From the NCBI GenBank assembly GCA_964291625.2, contig OZ220089.1, positions 4,352,001 to 4,416,000 on the forward strand: DNA of 64,000 bases, read 5' to 3'. Below are positions 7,666-16,468 of this stretch, piece after piece; the first letter of the stretch is position 1; each line of letters starts with the position of its first letter. The notes under the pieces are model-generated. The model worked only from the letters and a program-made list of their open reading frames with translations, had not been told where the DNA came from and did no database searches. The stretch comes from Candidatus Latescibacterota bacterium. GTDB lineage: Bacteria > Latescibacterota > UBA2968 > UBA8231. Position numbers and translations under genes: made by a program.

Positions 7666-9402
7666 TTGCGTACCTACCCGGTGTGGCACCTGGCCCACGA
7701 GGGGGAATACGGCGATCTGCTCGACGCCCTCCTCTCGGGCCGCCGACTGGGCCTCGACGAGCTCGACACCGGCCCCGAAGGCCTGCACCGGCCCGAGCTG
7801 CTCACCGACCTCGACCGCGGCGCCCAACGCATCGAGCGCGCCGTGCGCCAGGACGAGACCATCGTCGTCTACGGCGACTACGATGTCGACGGGGTCAGCA
7901 GCACCGCCCTGCTCCTCGACTTCCTCGAGCGCGTGAAGGCGCGGGGCCACGCCCTGCTCCCCGACCGCCGCACCGACGGCTACGGCCTCAAACCGCCAGG
8001 CGTGCGCAAGGCCCTCGATTTCGGCGCCGACCTCGTGGTGACGGTGGACAACGGCATCTCCGCCGGCGAGGCCCTCGAACTGGCCCGCGACGAAGGTCTC
8101 GACGTGGTCGTCATCGACCACCACCGGCAGAACGAGGAGCTGCCGCCGGCGCACAGCATCATCAATCCCAACCGGGTGGACTGCGACTACCCCTTCAAGG
8201 GACTGGCCGGGGTGGGCGTGACCTTCAAGGTCGTGCAGCGATTGAGCGAGTCCCTCCTCGAGTCAGGGGAGCGCCGCCGTTACCTGAACGACCTGCTCGA
8301 CCTCGTCGCCCTCGGCACCGTGGCCGACATGGTCCCCCTTCTCGACGAGAACCGGATCCTCGTGCGCCACGGCCTCAAGGCCGTCGAGCGCAGCGCCCGG
8401 CCCGGCCTGCAGGAGCTGCGCATCGCCGCCCGCTGCCCCCGGGGGCGGGTCGACAGCACGGCCGTGGCCTTCTACCTGGGACCCCGCCTGAACGTCGCCG
8501 GCCGTCTGGAAAAGCCCGACCTGGCCCTCGACCTGCTGCGCACGCGGGACCACGAGCAGGGCCGCCTCCTGGCCGGCCGGCTCAACGAGCTGAACCTCCG
8601 GCGCCAGCGGCTGCAGCGGGAGGGAGTCCGCGAGGCCCGGTCGCTGGTCTCGGAGGACCAGCTGGAGCGCGAGCGCCTGTTGTGCGTCCTCGGCGAGGAG
8701 TGGGACCTGGGCGTCATCGGACTGATCGCCAGCGACCTGTCGGAGAGCTTCTGGAGGCCCGCCGTGGTCCTCAGCGACGTGCTGCGCGACGGATTCTACG
8801 TCGGATCGGCGCGCAGCATCCCGGGGTACGACATGAACGACGGCCTCCGCCACTGCTCCCGGTTCCTCACCCGGTACGGCGGCCACGCCGGCGCCGCCGG
8901 GTTCACCCTGCCCGCCGAGGCCTTCGAGGAGTTTCGGGCGTGCCTCATCGACCACGCCGGCGCCGAGCTGACGCCGCAACATCTCGAGGCCCACCTCGAC
9001 ATCGATCTGGAGCTGCAGCCGGGGGACATCGACATGCGCACGGTCGAGGTGCAGCGCCAGCTCGAACCCTTCGGGCAGGAGAACCGCATGCCCCTGTTCC
9101 TGACCCGCGGTCTCGAGCTGGCCAGCCGGACCCGGGTCGGCAAGGAGGGGGAACACCTCAAGGTGGCTTTCAGGGCCGGCGGCGTGCGCGCGGGCGTGTG
9201 GTGGCACCAGGGGGCCCTGGCCCGCGACCTGGAACCCGGCCAGCGCCTCGACGTGGCCTACGAGCTGTCGGAGGACACCTTCAACGGCACGGGCACGGTG
9301 CAGATGGTGATCCGCGACATGGACTCCTCCCCCGGGTGCGAGTCTGCCCCGGCGCCGGCCGAGAGCGTTCCCTCCGCCGTGCTCGACTCCGAGGTGCCGT
9401 GA
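7666..9402 (+). CDS. recJ: ssDNA-specific exonuclease RecJ
   Basis: YGDYDVDG, GYGL, TVDNG, DHH, GTVADMVPL, GSARS, GGHAGAAG, LEPFGQEN. Confidence 0.96.
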   Translation: MRTYPVWHLAHEGEYGDLLDALLSGRRLGLDELDTGPEGLHRPELLTDLDRGAQRIERAVRQDETIVVYGDYDVDGVSSTALLLDFLERVKARGHALLPDRRTDGYGLKPPGVRKALDFGADLVVTVDNGISAGEALELARDEGLDVVVIDHHRQNEELPPAHSIINPNRVDCDYPFKGLAGVGVTFKVVQRLSESLLESGERRRYLNDLLDLVALGTVADMVPLLDENRILVRHGLKAVERSARPGLQELRIAARCPRGRVDSTAVAFYLGPRLNVAGRLEKPDLALDLLRTRDHEQGRLLAGRLNELNLRRQRLQREGVREARSLVSEDQLERERLLCVLGEEWDLGVIGLIASDLSESFWRPAVVLSDVLRDGFYVGSARSIPGYDMNDGLRHCSRFLTRYGGHAGAAGFTLPAEAFEEFRACLIDHAGAELTPQHLEAHLDIDLELQPGDIDMRTVEVQRQLEPFGQENRMPLFLTRGLELASRTRVGKEGEHLKVAFRAGGVRAGVWWHQGALARDLEPGQRLDVAYELSEDTFNGTGTVQMVIRDMDSSPGCESAPAPAESVPSAVLDSEVP

Positions 9403-10613
9403 TCAGCTCCGACCTCACCCGGGAGCTCTTCGTCACCGGTTCCGGGGCGCGCATCCTCCTCCTCGTCATCGACGGCCTCGGAGGACTGCCCCACTCCGAG
9501 ACGGGTCTCAGCGAGCTGGAGACGGCCTCGCTGCCCAACCTCGACGGCCTGTGCGGCCGCTCCAGTTGCGGCCTCCACTCCCCCCTGGGACCCGGGTTCA
9601 CCCCGGGCAGCGGTCCGGCGCACCTGGCCCTCTTCGGCTACGACCCGTGGCTTCGGAGGATCGGCCGCGGAGCCCTCTCCTGCCTCGGTCTCGGCCTCGA
9701 CTTCGGGCCGGGAGACGTGGCGGCGCGGCTGAACTTCTGCACCGTCGACGCCGACGGCCTGGTCAGCGACCGTCGGGCGGGGCGGATCCCGACCGAGACC
9801 TGCCGGCGGCTGTGCGGTCTGCTCGCCGATGTCGACATCCCCGGCGTCGAGGTGACCGTGGCTCCGGAGATGGAGTACCGGGCCGCGGTCCGCTTCCGCG
9901 GGGAAGGGCTGTCCGACGGGGTCGGCGACTCGGACCCCCAGGTGACCGGGAGACCCCCGCTGCCGCTGCGGGCGGAGTCCGCCGATGACCGGCGCATGGC
10001 GGCGGTGGCGGAATCCTTCGTCGCCCGGGCCGGAGAGCTCCTGGCCGGTGAGAGCCCGGCGAACATGGTGCTGATCCGCGGCTTCGGAAGCTACCCGGAG
10101 CTGCCCTCCATGCAGGAGGTCTACGGCCTCGACCCGGTGGGTCTCGCCGGGTATCCCATGTACCGGGGCATCGCCCGCGCCGTCGGCATGGACACCCCCG
10201 GCTGCGACGCCCGCATCGACGCCCAGCTCGACCTGCTGGCGGCGCGCTGGCAGGCGGGCCCCGAGGACTTCTGGTACGTCCACTTCAAGCCGACGGACAG
10301 CGCCGGGGAGGACGGCGACTTCGACCGCAAGGTGTCCCTCCTGGAGGAGATCGACGGATACCTTCCCCGTCTCCTCGACCTGCAGCCTGAGGTCCTCGTG
10401 GTCACCGGCGACCACTCGACGCCGTCGCGGATGGGCGGCCACAGCTGGCACCCCGTGCCGGTGCTGATCCTCGGCGAGGCCGGCTTTCCCGTCGCCGGAA
10501 CGCGCATGACCGAGCGCGGCTGCGCCGGCGGCAGTCTCGGCCGCATCGCCACCACGGAGCTGATGGCCCTCGCCCTGGCCCACGCCGGGCGCCTGGCCAA
10601 GTTCGGCGCCTGA
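9399..10613 (+). CDS. apgM: 2,3-BPG-independent phosphoglycerate mutase, ApgM type
   Basis: GTG overlapping the recJ stop; DGLGG, PGSGPAHLALFGYDP, DRRAGRI, TGDHSTP, HSWHPVP. Confidence 0.92.
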   Translation: MISSDLTRELFVTGSGARILLLVIDGLGGLPHSETGLSELETASLPNLDGLCGRSSCGLHSPLGPGFTPGSGPAHLALFGYDPWLRRIGRGALSCLGLGLDFGPGDVAARLNFCTVDADGLVSDRRAGRIPTETCRRLCGLLADVDIPGVEVTVAPEMEYRAAVRFRGEGLSDGVGDSDPQVTGRPPLPLRAESADDRRMAAVAESFVARAGELLAGESPANMVLIRGFGSYPELPSMQEVYGLDPVGLAGYPMYRGIARAVGMDTPGCDARIDAQLDLLAARWQAGPEDFWYVHFKPTDSAGEDGDFDRKVSLLEEIDGYLPRLLDLQPEVLVVTGDHSTPSRMGGHSWHPVPVLILGEAGFPVAGTRMTERGCAGGSLGRIATTELMALALAHAGRLAKFGA

Positions 10614-10635
10614 GCGCCGCCGCCATCGAGGTCGG

Positions 10636-11487
10636 GTGATCCACCCGGTGCGCATCGCCCACCGCGGGGCCTCCGGAGCCGGTCTGGCGCCGGAGAACAC
10701 CCTGACCGCCTTCGAGCGCGCCATCGAGATCGGCGTCGACGCCGTCGAGCTCGACGTGCGCTCCACTCGCGACGGCGCCCTCGTCGTCCTCCATGATCCG
10801 CTGCTGGACCGCACCACCGACCGCGAGGGGCCGGTGCACGAGCTGACGCTGGCGCAGGTCCGCGAAGCCGATGCCGGCGGCTGGTTCGGCCGCCCCTTCG
10901 CCGGCGAGAAGGTGCCCACCCTGGCCGAGGCCCTCGACCTGCTGCGGCGCCGGGCCCTGGCGGTGATCGAGATCAAGGCCGACCACCTGGCGGAGGCGGT
11001 CCTGCGCGTCGTGGACGACCTCGTCGTGGCCGACCAGGTCGTCATCCAGTCCTTCTCCTCCGAGACCCTGCGGCGGGTGAAGGCGATCGATGGGGCCGCA
11101 CCGGCGGCCCTGCTGGTGGGCAACCTGCCCACCTCCCCCTCGAGGATGCGGGCCCGGCGCATGGTCCGCGAGGTCCTTTCCCTGGGGGCCAACATCCTCA
11201 ACATCTGGCACACGACCCTGACCCCGGCCTTCTACGAAGAGGTGCGCAAGCGCGGACTCACGGTCTGGACCTGGACCGTGGACGAGGAGGTCGTCCTGCG
11301 GGACGTGGTCCAGATGGGGGTTCAGGGTATCGCCACGAACCATCCCGACCGCCTCAACGGCGTCCTCGAGGAGCTGGCGCGGGAGGGAGCGATCCTGGTC
11401 CCCCTGGGCCGCAGCAAGCGCCTCAAGCCCGGCCGCTGGCGCCGGCGCCGGGAGATCCGCAGGGCGAGCCGGCGACGGGACGCCTGA
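10636..11487 (+). CDS. glycerophosphodiester phosphodiesterase
   Basis: AHRG, PENTL, ELDV, HD...RTT, IEIK, QSF, WTV, IATN. Confidence 0.92.
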   Translation: MIHPVRIAHRGASGAGLAPENTLTAFERAIEIGVDAVELDVRSTRDGALVVLHDPLLDRTTDREGPVHELTLAQVREADAGGWFGRPFAGEKVPTLAEALDLLRRRALAVIEIKADHLAEAVLRVVDDLVVADQVVIQSFSSETLRRVKAIDGAAPAALLVGNLPTSPSRMRARRMVREVLSLGANILNIWHTTLTPAFYEEVRKRGLTVWTWTVDEEVVLRDVVQMGVQGIATNHPDRLNGVLEELAREGAILVPLGRSKRLKPGRWRRRREIRRASRRRDA

Positions 11488-11513
11488 TCCGGCAAGGGGA
11501 GCGGCATTCCCGC

Positions 11514-11543
11514 TTGACGCTTCCGCGGAAGCGGGGGTATAAT
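11514..11543 (+). promoter_or_regulatory. strong sigma70-type promoter with a palindromic spacer
   Basis: TTGACG-18 bp-TATAAT, with the perfect 16-bp palindrome CGCTTCCGCGGAAGCG at 11518-11533. Confidence 0.7.
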
Positions 11544-11763
11544 TGGCTCGTCCCCGCCCTGTTCTTCCCGTCCGTTTCAACGAGCATACGCGTCCCACCG
11601 TGAGCCAAGACGAGGTGTGGCCGTACCCTGTTCCCCGCCGGTCCGGCGGGCAGGGGGGGCCGCCCGACACCGAGCCACGGACCTCTGCGCCGCCGGCCTG
11701 TGACGCTGCCGTCACCCCCTCCCTCCGGACGGCGGCCGACTTCGCCCCGTCGAATCCGAGCCC

Positions 11764-11970
11764 GTGCTGGTCTCCGCCGCTTTTGCCGCGCTTCTCATCC
11801 TGGTGGTCATCGCCTACTACCTGGTTCCACGGAAGGCGCGCTGCCCGGAGTGCGGCTCAAACAGGGAGGAGGGCCCCCTGTGCCCCTCCTGCGGCTGGAT
11901 CTTCGAGGACGACGAGGACGACGAGGACGGCGACGAGCCGGAGGTGATCGACGCGTGGGAGGACCGGTAA
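11764..11970 (+). CDS. small membrane-anchored zinc-ribbon protein
   Basis: TM helix, CPECG and CPSCG motifs, acidic tail. Confidence 0.7.
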   Translation: MLVSAAFAALLILVVIAYYLVPRKARCPECGSNREEGPLCPSCGWIFEDDEDDEDGDEPEVIDAWEDR

Positions 11971-11974
11971 GACG

Positions 11975-12262
11975 ATGGAATGGGTAACGGCCCTGCTCGC
12001 CGTGGGATGTCTGTTCGTCGCCGCCCAGGTCGTGGTCGACTACCTGCGCTACCGCAGGGCCCTGGAGCCGCGGCTGGAGACCGCCCGCAGCGCTGACGAG
12101 CAGCTTCGACACCGCATGGAGGCCGCCCGCAGGGAGCTGGCGAGGAGGCGGAAGGAGGGGGATGCACCCCGTCCGGGTCCGGGGGACGGTCCCGGCGATC
12201 CACCCCGGGGGGAGGTGCGGGCAGGCCCGGAAAGGATGGCGCCGGCGCGGGCCGATGGCTAG
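11975..12262 (+). CDS. small protein with TM helix and coiled coil, hypothetical
   Basis: ATG 4 nt after the previous stop; hydrophobic N-terminus, then charged heptad-like segment. Confidence 0.6.
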   Translation: MEWVTALLAVGCLFVAAQVVVDYLRYRRALEPRLETARSADEQLRHRMEAARRELARRRKEGDAPRPGPGDGPGDPPRGEVRAGPERMAPARADG

Positions 12263-12284
12263 GGTGCGCCTCGGGGCTTTTCGC

Positions 12285-12314
12285 TTGACAATCGCAAGAA
12301 CCGATATGTAGCTT
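12285..12314 (+). promoter_or_regulatory. sigma70-type promoter for the lipoprotein gene
   Basis: TTGACA-18 bp-TAGCTT in an AT-richer gap; GGAGG RBS before 12370. Confidence 0.55.
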
Positions 12315-12369
12315 CCCCGCCGTCAGTTACGGCCATCACGCCATCAACGAACACGGTCTGGAGGATGTC

Positions 12370-13020
12370 ATGATGCGGGCAGCAAAACACCTCACCCTGC
12401 GGGTTGCAGGCCTGTTCGCCGTCGCCGCTCTCGTCGGCTGCGGAGGTGAGCCACCCCAGGCCGATCTGGACGCCGCCCAGGCGGCCCTCGCCGCGGCCGA
12501 AGCGGCCGAGGCCGAGAAGTACGCCGGCAGCGATCTCTCCGCGGCTCAGAAGGCCTTCGCCGACGCCAAGACCGCCTTCGACGCCGAGGCCGAGAAGATG
12601 CTGTTCAAGGACTGGGAATCGGTGGTGCCGCAGATCGCCGACGCCAAGTCCAAGGCCGACATGGCCCGTTCGTCGGCCGAGGCCGCCAAGGCCGCCGCCA
12701 TGGCCGCCGCCGAGTCCGCCATCGCCGACGCCGCCATGGTCATCCAGGGGGTCCGCGCCAGCCTCGAAGCCGCCCCGGCCGGCAAGGGCACCGAGGGCGA
12801 TATCGAGCAGTTGCGCGCCGACCTCGACGCCGCCGACGCCGACCTGAGCTCGGCGCGAGCCGCTGTCTCCTCCGAAGACTTCGAAATGGCCACATCCAAG
12901 GCCGGGTCCGCCAAGATGGCGGCCGAGACCGTCAGCGAGGGCGTCGACGCGGCCGTGGCCCGGTATCACCAGTTGGTCGAGGAGAGAACCCCCTGGTACG
13001 AGCGCGGAATGGGCGGCTAG
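12370..13020 (+). CDS. alanine-rich helical lipoprotein (DUF4398-like)
   Basis: Lipobox LVGC, then PPQADLDAAQAALAAAEAAEAEKYA and an all-helical Ala-rich body. Confidence 0.8.
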   Translation: MMRAAKHLTLRVAGLFAVAALVGCGGEPPQADLDAAQAALAAAEAAEAEKYAGSDLSAAQKAFADAKTAFDAEAEKMLFKDWESVVPQIADAKSKADMARSSAEAAKAAAMAAAESAIADAAMVIQGVRASLEAAPAGKGTEGDIEQLRADLDAADADLSSARAAVSSEDFEMATSKAGSAKMAAETVSEGVDAAVARYHQLVEERTPWYERGMGG

Positions 13021-13073
13021 TCCAACCTGGCCACACCGGGATCCGCCGCGACGGATCCCGCGCGTCCCATGTC

Positions 13074-13115
13074 GACGGCCGGAGAGGGCGATCCTCTCCG
13101 GCCGTCCTTCTTTTT
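13074..13115 (+). terminator. intrinsic terminator after the lipoprotein gene
   Basis: 14-bp perfect stem GACGGCCGGAGAGG/CCTCTCCGGCCGTC, 5-nt loop, then CTTCTTTTT. Confidence 0.7.
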
Positions 13116-13199
13116 CCTGCGTCCCTCGCGCTGATCCTGGTCGTCCTGTCCGCACTCCCCGGCGCCGCCCGTGCCGAGGGCAAGGCCGCCTGCCCGGCT

Positions 13200-13721
13200 G
13201 TGGGAACCCCCTCCGAGCTGGCCCTCGAGCACCGGGACCTCCTTTCCCGCCTGGCTTCCCGCCGCCGCCTGCCCACGCCCTACATGGTGATCGACACACG
13301 CGCCAACCTTCTGGTGCTGAGGGACTCCGTCCATCAGGTGGAGCACAGGGCGGTCTGCTCCACCGGCGCGGCGCGGCGCTTCGCGGGGCGCAAGGCCTGG
13401 CAGAAGTGGGTCTTTGCCACCCCCAAGGGTCGCTTCGAGATCCAGCGCAAGGTGAAGGACCCTCTGTGGACGAAGCCGCCGTGGCACTTCCTGGAGTCGG
13501 GAGAGGAGGTGCCCGTCCTCCCCGAGGACTTTCGCCGGTTCCAGCGCGGCGTTCTCGGCCGCTATGCACTCTACTTCCTTCCCGACTACATGATCCACGG
13601 TACGCTCTACGAGACGAACCTGGGGAAGAGCATCACCCATGGATGCGTCCGCGTGGGCGACGAGGACCTGAGCCATCTTTTCGAGCGCGTGCAGACCGGC
13701 TGGCCGGTCTACGTATTCTGA
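13200..13721 (+). CDS. L,D-transpeptidase (YkuD family)
   Basis: TPKGRFEI..K.KDPLW, IHGT...SITHGCVRV...LFERVQTGWPVYVF. The in-frame upstream sequence looks like a signal peptide, so the true start may be earlier. Confidence 0.9.
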   Translation: MGTPSELALEHRDLLSRLASRRRLPTPYMVIDTRANLLVLRDSVHQVEHRAVCSTGAARRFAGRKAWQKWVFATPKGRFEIQRKVKDPLWTKPPWHFLESGEEVPVLPEDFRRFQRGVLGRYALYFLPDYMIHGTLYETNLGKSITHGCVRVGDEDLSHLFERVQTGWPVYVF

Positions 13722-13851
13722 GTCCGCCTCCGGGAGAGCGCCGCTTCTGCCTGGAGGGTGGCCTGGCTTTCTCCGGGGGACCGGAAGCTCGTGGAGAGCC
13801 GTCCAGGCCCTCGCGGCGGCGGCGCTCGTCGGCTGGAGTACCGCCGGGCCC

Positions 13852-14322
13852 GTGCAGGCCTCCGAGGACCTCGGCCGCGTCAACGAGGCTCTGAGGGAGT
13901 GGCTGCAGCTGATGGAGGCAGACCAGGTCTACCTTCTCCTCGACGAGTCGGCGGGGGATCTGCGGGTCCACCACGGGCCCGCGGTACTCCGCCAGTGTCC
14001 GGTCGTCTCCGACTCCCTAGGGGCCGGCACTCCGGTTCGGCAGCGGTTGACGGCGAGGCTGCGCCGCCATCGGCGGGCCGATCCCTTCACCTCGATCGAG
14101 CCCGGGCCCTTCGACTGGGAGCACTACCTGGTTTCGGAGGCCGCGGCAGAGGCCGGGCTGCTGTTCTCCGAAGGCCTGCTGCTGTACGCCTCCGAGATCT
14201 GGAGTCCCGCGCGGGCACCCTCGATCCGGCTGCGGAGGGAGGACCTGCGCGCCCTCTTCGACGCCGCCGCGGACAGCGTCGACCTGATCCTGCTGCCCTC
14301 CGGCTGGGAGCGTGAGCGATGA
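13852..14322 (+). CDS. degenerate L,D-transpeptidase-like protein
   Basis: YkuD-like layout (YLLLD...LRV.HG..VLRQCPV; SIRL..EDL..LFD...V.LILL), but the catalytic His/Cys are absent. Confidence 0.55.
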   Translation: MQASEDLGRVNEALREWLQLMEADQVYLLLDESAGDLRVHHGPAVLRQCPVVSDSLGAGTPVRQRLTARLRRHRRADPFTSIEPGPFDWEHYLVSEAAAEAGLLFSEGLLLYASEIWSPARAPSIRLRREDLRALFDAAADSVDLILLPSGWERER

Positions 14323-15656
14323 CGGGAATGTGCGCCGGCTGGGCGCGGGAGGAGATCACTCCCCCGGCGGGGATCCACATGGGCGGCTACTGGGGACGCC
14401 GGTCGGGCGCCACCGGGATCCACGATCCGCTCTCCGCCTCGGTGATCCTGTGGCGTTCGCGCGGCAGGGGCGCCGCTCTGGTCGCCCTCGACCTGGTGGG
14501 CGTGGCCCCCGGGCTTGCGGACCGCATCCGGGGCCAGGTGGCGGCGGCGGCGGGCTCTGCCCTCTCCATCCGCCCCGAAGCGGTGACCGTCTGCTGCAGC
14601 CACACCCACGCCGGCCCCCTGACCATGCCCTTCCGCGGCATGGGGGAGGTGGACACCGGCTACCTGGAAACGGTATGCGAGGGCGTGGGGCGCTGCGCCG
14701 GGAGGGCCGCGGAGGGCCTTCGGCCGGTGCGCCTGCGATACGCCCGTCCGCCGGTCCGCATCGGCGTCAACCGGAGGCAGGCCCGGCGGGGCGAGGTCGT
14801 CATCGGCGAGGACCCCCTCGGACCGGTGGCCTCCCACGCGCATGTCCTCGTACTCGAGGCGCTCTCCGGAGCCCCCCGCAAGGCGGTCCTGTTCCAGCAC
14901 GCGTGCCATCCCGTCGTCCTCCCCGGCGCCAACCACGAGATCAGCGCCGACTTCCCTGGGGCCGCCCGCCGAGCCGTGGAGGAGCGCACCGGCGCCCTGG
15001 CGGTCTTCGTCAACGGCGCCGCCGCCGACATCAATCCCCGCGGAGGCCACGGCACCTTCGACGAGGTCGAGTCCCTGGGCGCCGAGCTGGGCGCCGCCGT
15101 CGCCGCCGCCGAGGCCGCGGCCCGGGAACTCGAAGGGGACGGCATCGCCTGGAGCCAGGCTCGTCTCGACCTGCCCCTGACCGCCGCCACCGCTGCCATG
15201 GAGGAGGAGGTCCGGCGCTCCCTGGACGACTTGGAAGAGGCGGTGAGCAGCGCCGGTCCGGATCCGTGGGAACGCCGGGTCCCGGAGGCTGGCCGCGACT
15301 GGGCCCGGCAGTGGCTCGCCGAGGCCGCCCGCGGCGGTCCCGCGGGGAGCCAGGCCTTCGAGATCCACGGCCTGCGGATCGGCCCCCTCGCCCTGCTGGG
15401 GATGGAAGGCGAGATCTTCGTGCGCTACCAGCTCGACCTGGAGCGCGGGTGCGCGGCGCCGATGATCCTGTGCGGCTATGCCAACGGCTGCGTCGGGTAC
15501 GTGCCCACCGCCGACGAGTACGAGCGCGGCGGCTACGAGATCGACCAGGCCTACAAGGTCTACCCGAGCGTCCGCATGATCGCCCCGGAGAGCGAGGCGA
15601 TCGTCCGGGCGGGGGCCTGGCAAGTGCTCGACAGTCTGGGGATCGGCCGGCGCTGA
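14319..15656 (+). CDS. neutral/alkaline ceramidase-like hydrolase
   Basis: ITPP.G..MGGY, HDPL, SHTHAGP, ACHP, ISADFPG, GEIF, GYANG..GYVPT...GGYE. Confidence 0.85.
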   Translation: MTGMCAGWAREEITPPAGIHMGGYWGRRSGATGIHDPLSASVILWRSRGRGAALVALDLVGVAPGLADRIRGQVAAAAGSALSIRPEAVTVCCSHTHAGPLTMPFRGMGEVDTGYLETVCEGVGRCAGRAAEGLRPVRLRYARPPVRIGVNRRQARRGEVVIGEDPLGPVASHAHVLVLEALSGAPRKAVLFQHACHPVVLPGANHEISADFPGAARRAVEERTGALAVFVNGAAADINPRGGHGTFDEVESLGAELGAAVAAAEAAARELEGDGIAWSQARLDLPLTAATAAMEEEVRRSLDDLEEAVSSAGPDPWERRVPEAGRDWARQWLAEAARGGPAGSQAFEIHGLRIGPLALLGMEGEIFVRYQLDLERGCAAPMILCGYANGCVGYVPTADEYERGGYEIDQAYKVYPSVRMIAPESEAIVRAGAWQVLDSLGIGRR

Positions 15657-15714
15657 TCACGACCGGCGCCCGAGGTTTGCCCCGGCTCTGCCCTTGAGGC
15701 ATCTTCATCGAGCG

Positions 15715-16452
15715 ATGAGCCAATCGCTTTCTCCGCCGGCCATGGACCTGTCCCGCGAGCAGCTCGACACCCTCGCGCTCGAGCTCGAGGCGCTCTACGA
15801 GCAGGTGCCCTCCACCTGCTGCGCCAACTCGGGGGAGTGCTGCGAGCTGACGGAGGAGGAGATGGACGAGGGCTACGCCACGATGTTTCCCCTCTATCGG
15901 GCCGAGTACGCCCACATCGTCGATCACGTCCGCTCGAACTTCCCGGAGGAACGTCAGCGCCAGCTGCTGACCTTCACCGAGGAGCGGCCCCGCCGCTGCC
16001 CCTTCCTGGGGCCCGACCGCGGCTGCACGATCTACGCCGCGAGGCCGCTGATCTGCCGGACCTACGCGGTGATGAACCCCGAGACCATCCGCGAAGCGGC
16101 CCGGCGCCACGAGGGCGAGGTGCCGGAGGAGTGGGTCCGCCGCTTCGTCCGGCGCGAGGGCGGCATGGTCTGCCCGCGGGTGACGGTGACGCAGCCGGAG
16201 AAGCTGGTCCGCCACGCCCGCAACCTCGTCACCGGCGCCTACGAGCACGCCCTCGCGCGGCTGAGCAACCGCCTCTCCCTGGTCACCCCGCATCGGGAGA
16301 GCCTGGTCCGCCGCATCATCCGGCGCCGCTCGTGGCCGCTGCGCTGGACCTGGGGCGGGTACAACGCCCTGAGCCTGACGCCCGTCGCATGGGTGGAATC
16401 CAGGTTGAGGGGGTACTGGCGCCGCGCCCAGTTGAAGGACCTCGATTCCTGA
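15715..16452 (+). CDS. YkgJ-family cysteine-cluster protein
   Basis: CCANSGECC and CPFL....CTIY.ARPLICRTY. Confidence 0.8.
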   Translation: MSQSLSPPAMDLSREQLDTLALELEALYEQVPSTCCANSGECCELTEEEMDEGYATMFPLYRAEYAHIVDHVRSNFPEERQRQLLTFTEERPRRCPFLGPDRGCTIYAARPLICRTYAVMNPETIREAARRHEGEVPEEWVRRFVRREGGMVCPRVTVTQPEKLVRHARNLVTGAYEHALARLSNRLSLVTPHRESLVRRIIRRRSWPLRWTWGGYNALSLTPVAWVESRLRGYWRRAQLKDLDS

Positions 16453-16468
16453 AGGGAGGGGAAGGAGC

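Noticed and set aside
7245-9398. 1122-aa ORF as a giant ApgM fusion
   Set aside because: The upstream part is an off-frame shadow of recJ. The real gene starts at GTG 9399, overlapping the recJ stop.
11544-11763. SRP RNA, 6S RNA or a known riboswitch
   Set aside because: No SRP domain IV motif and no TPP, cobalamin, SAM or c-di-GMP consensus could be matched by eye. Kept only as an unassigned candidate.
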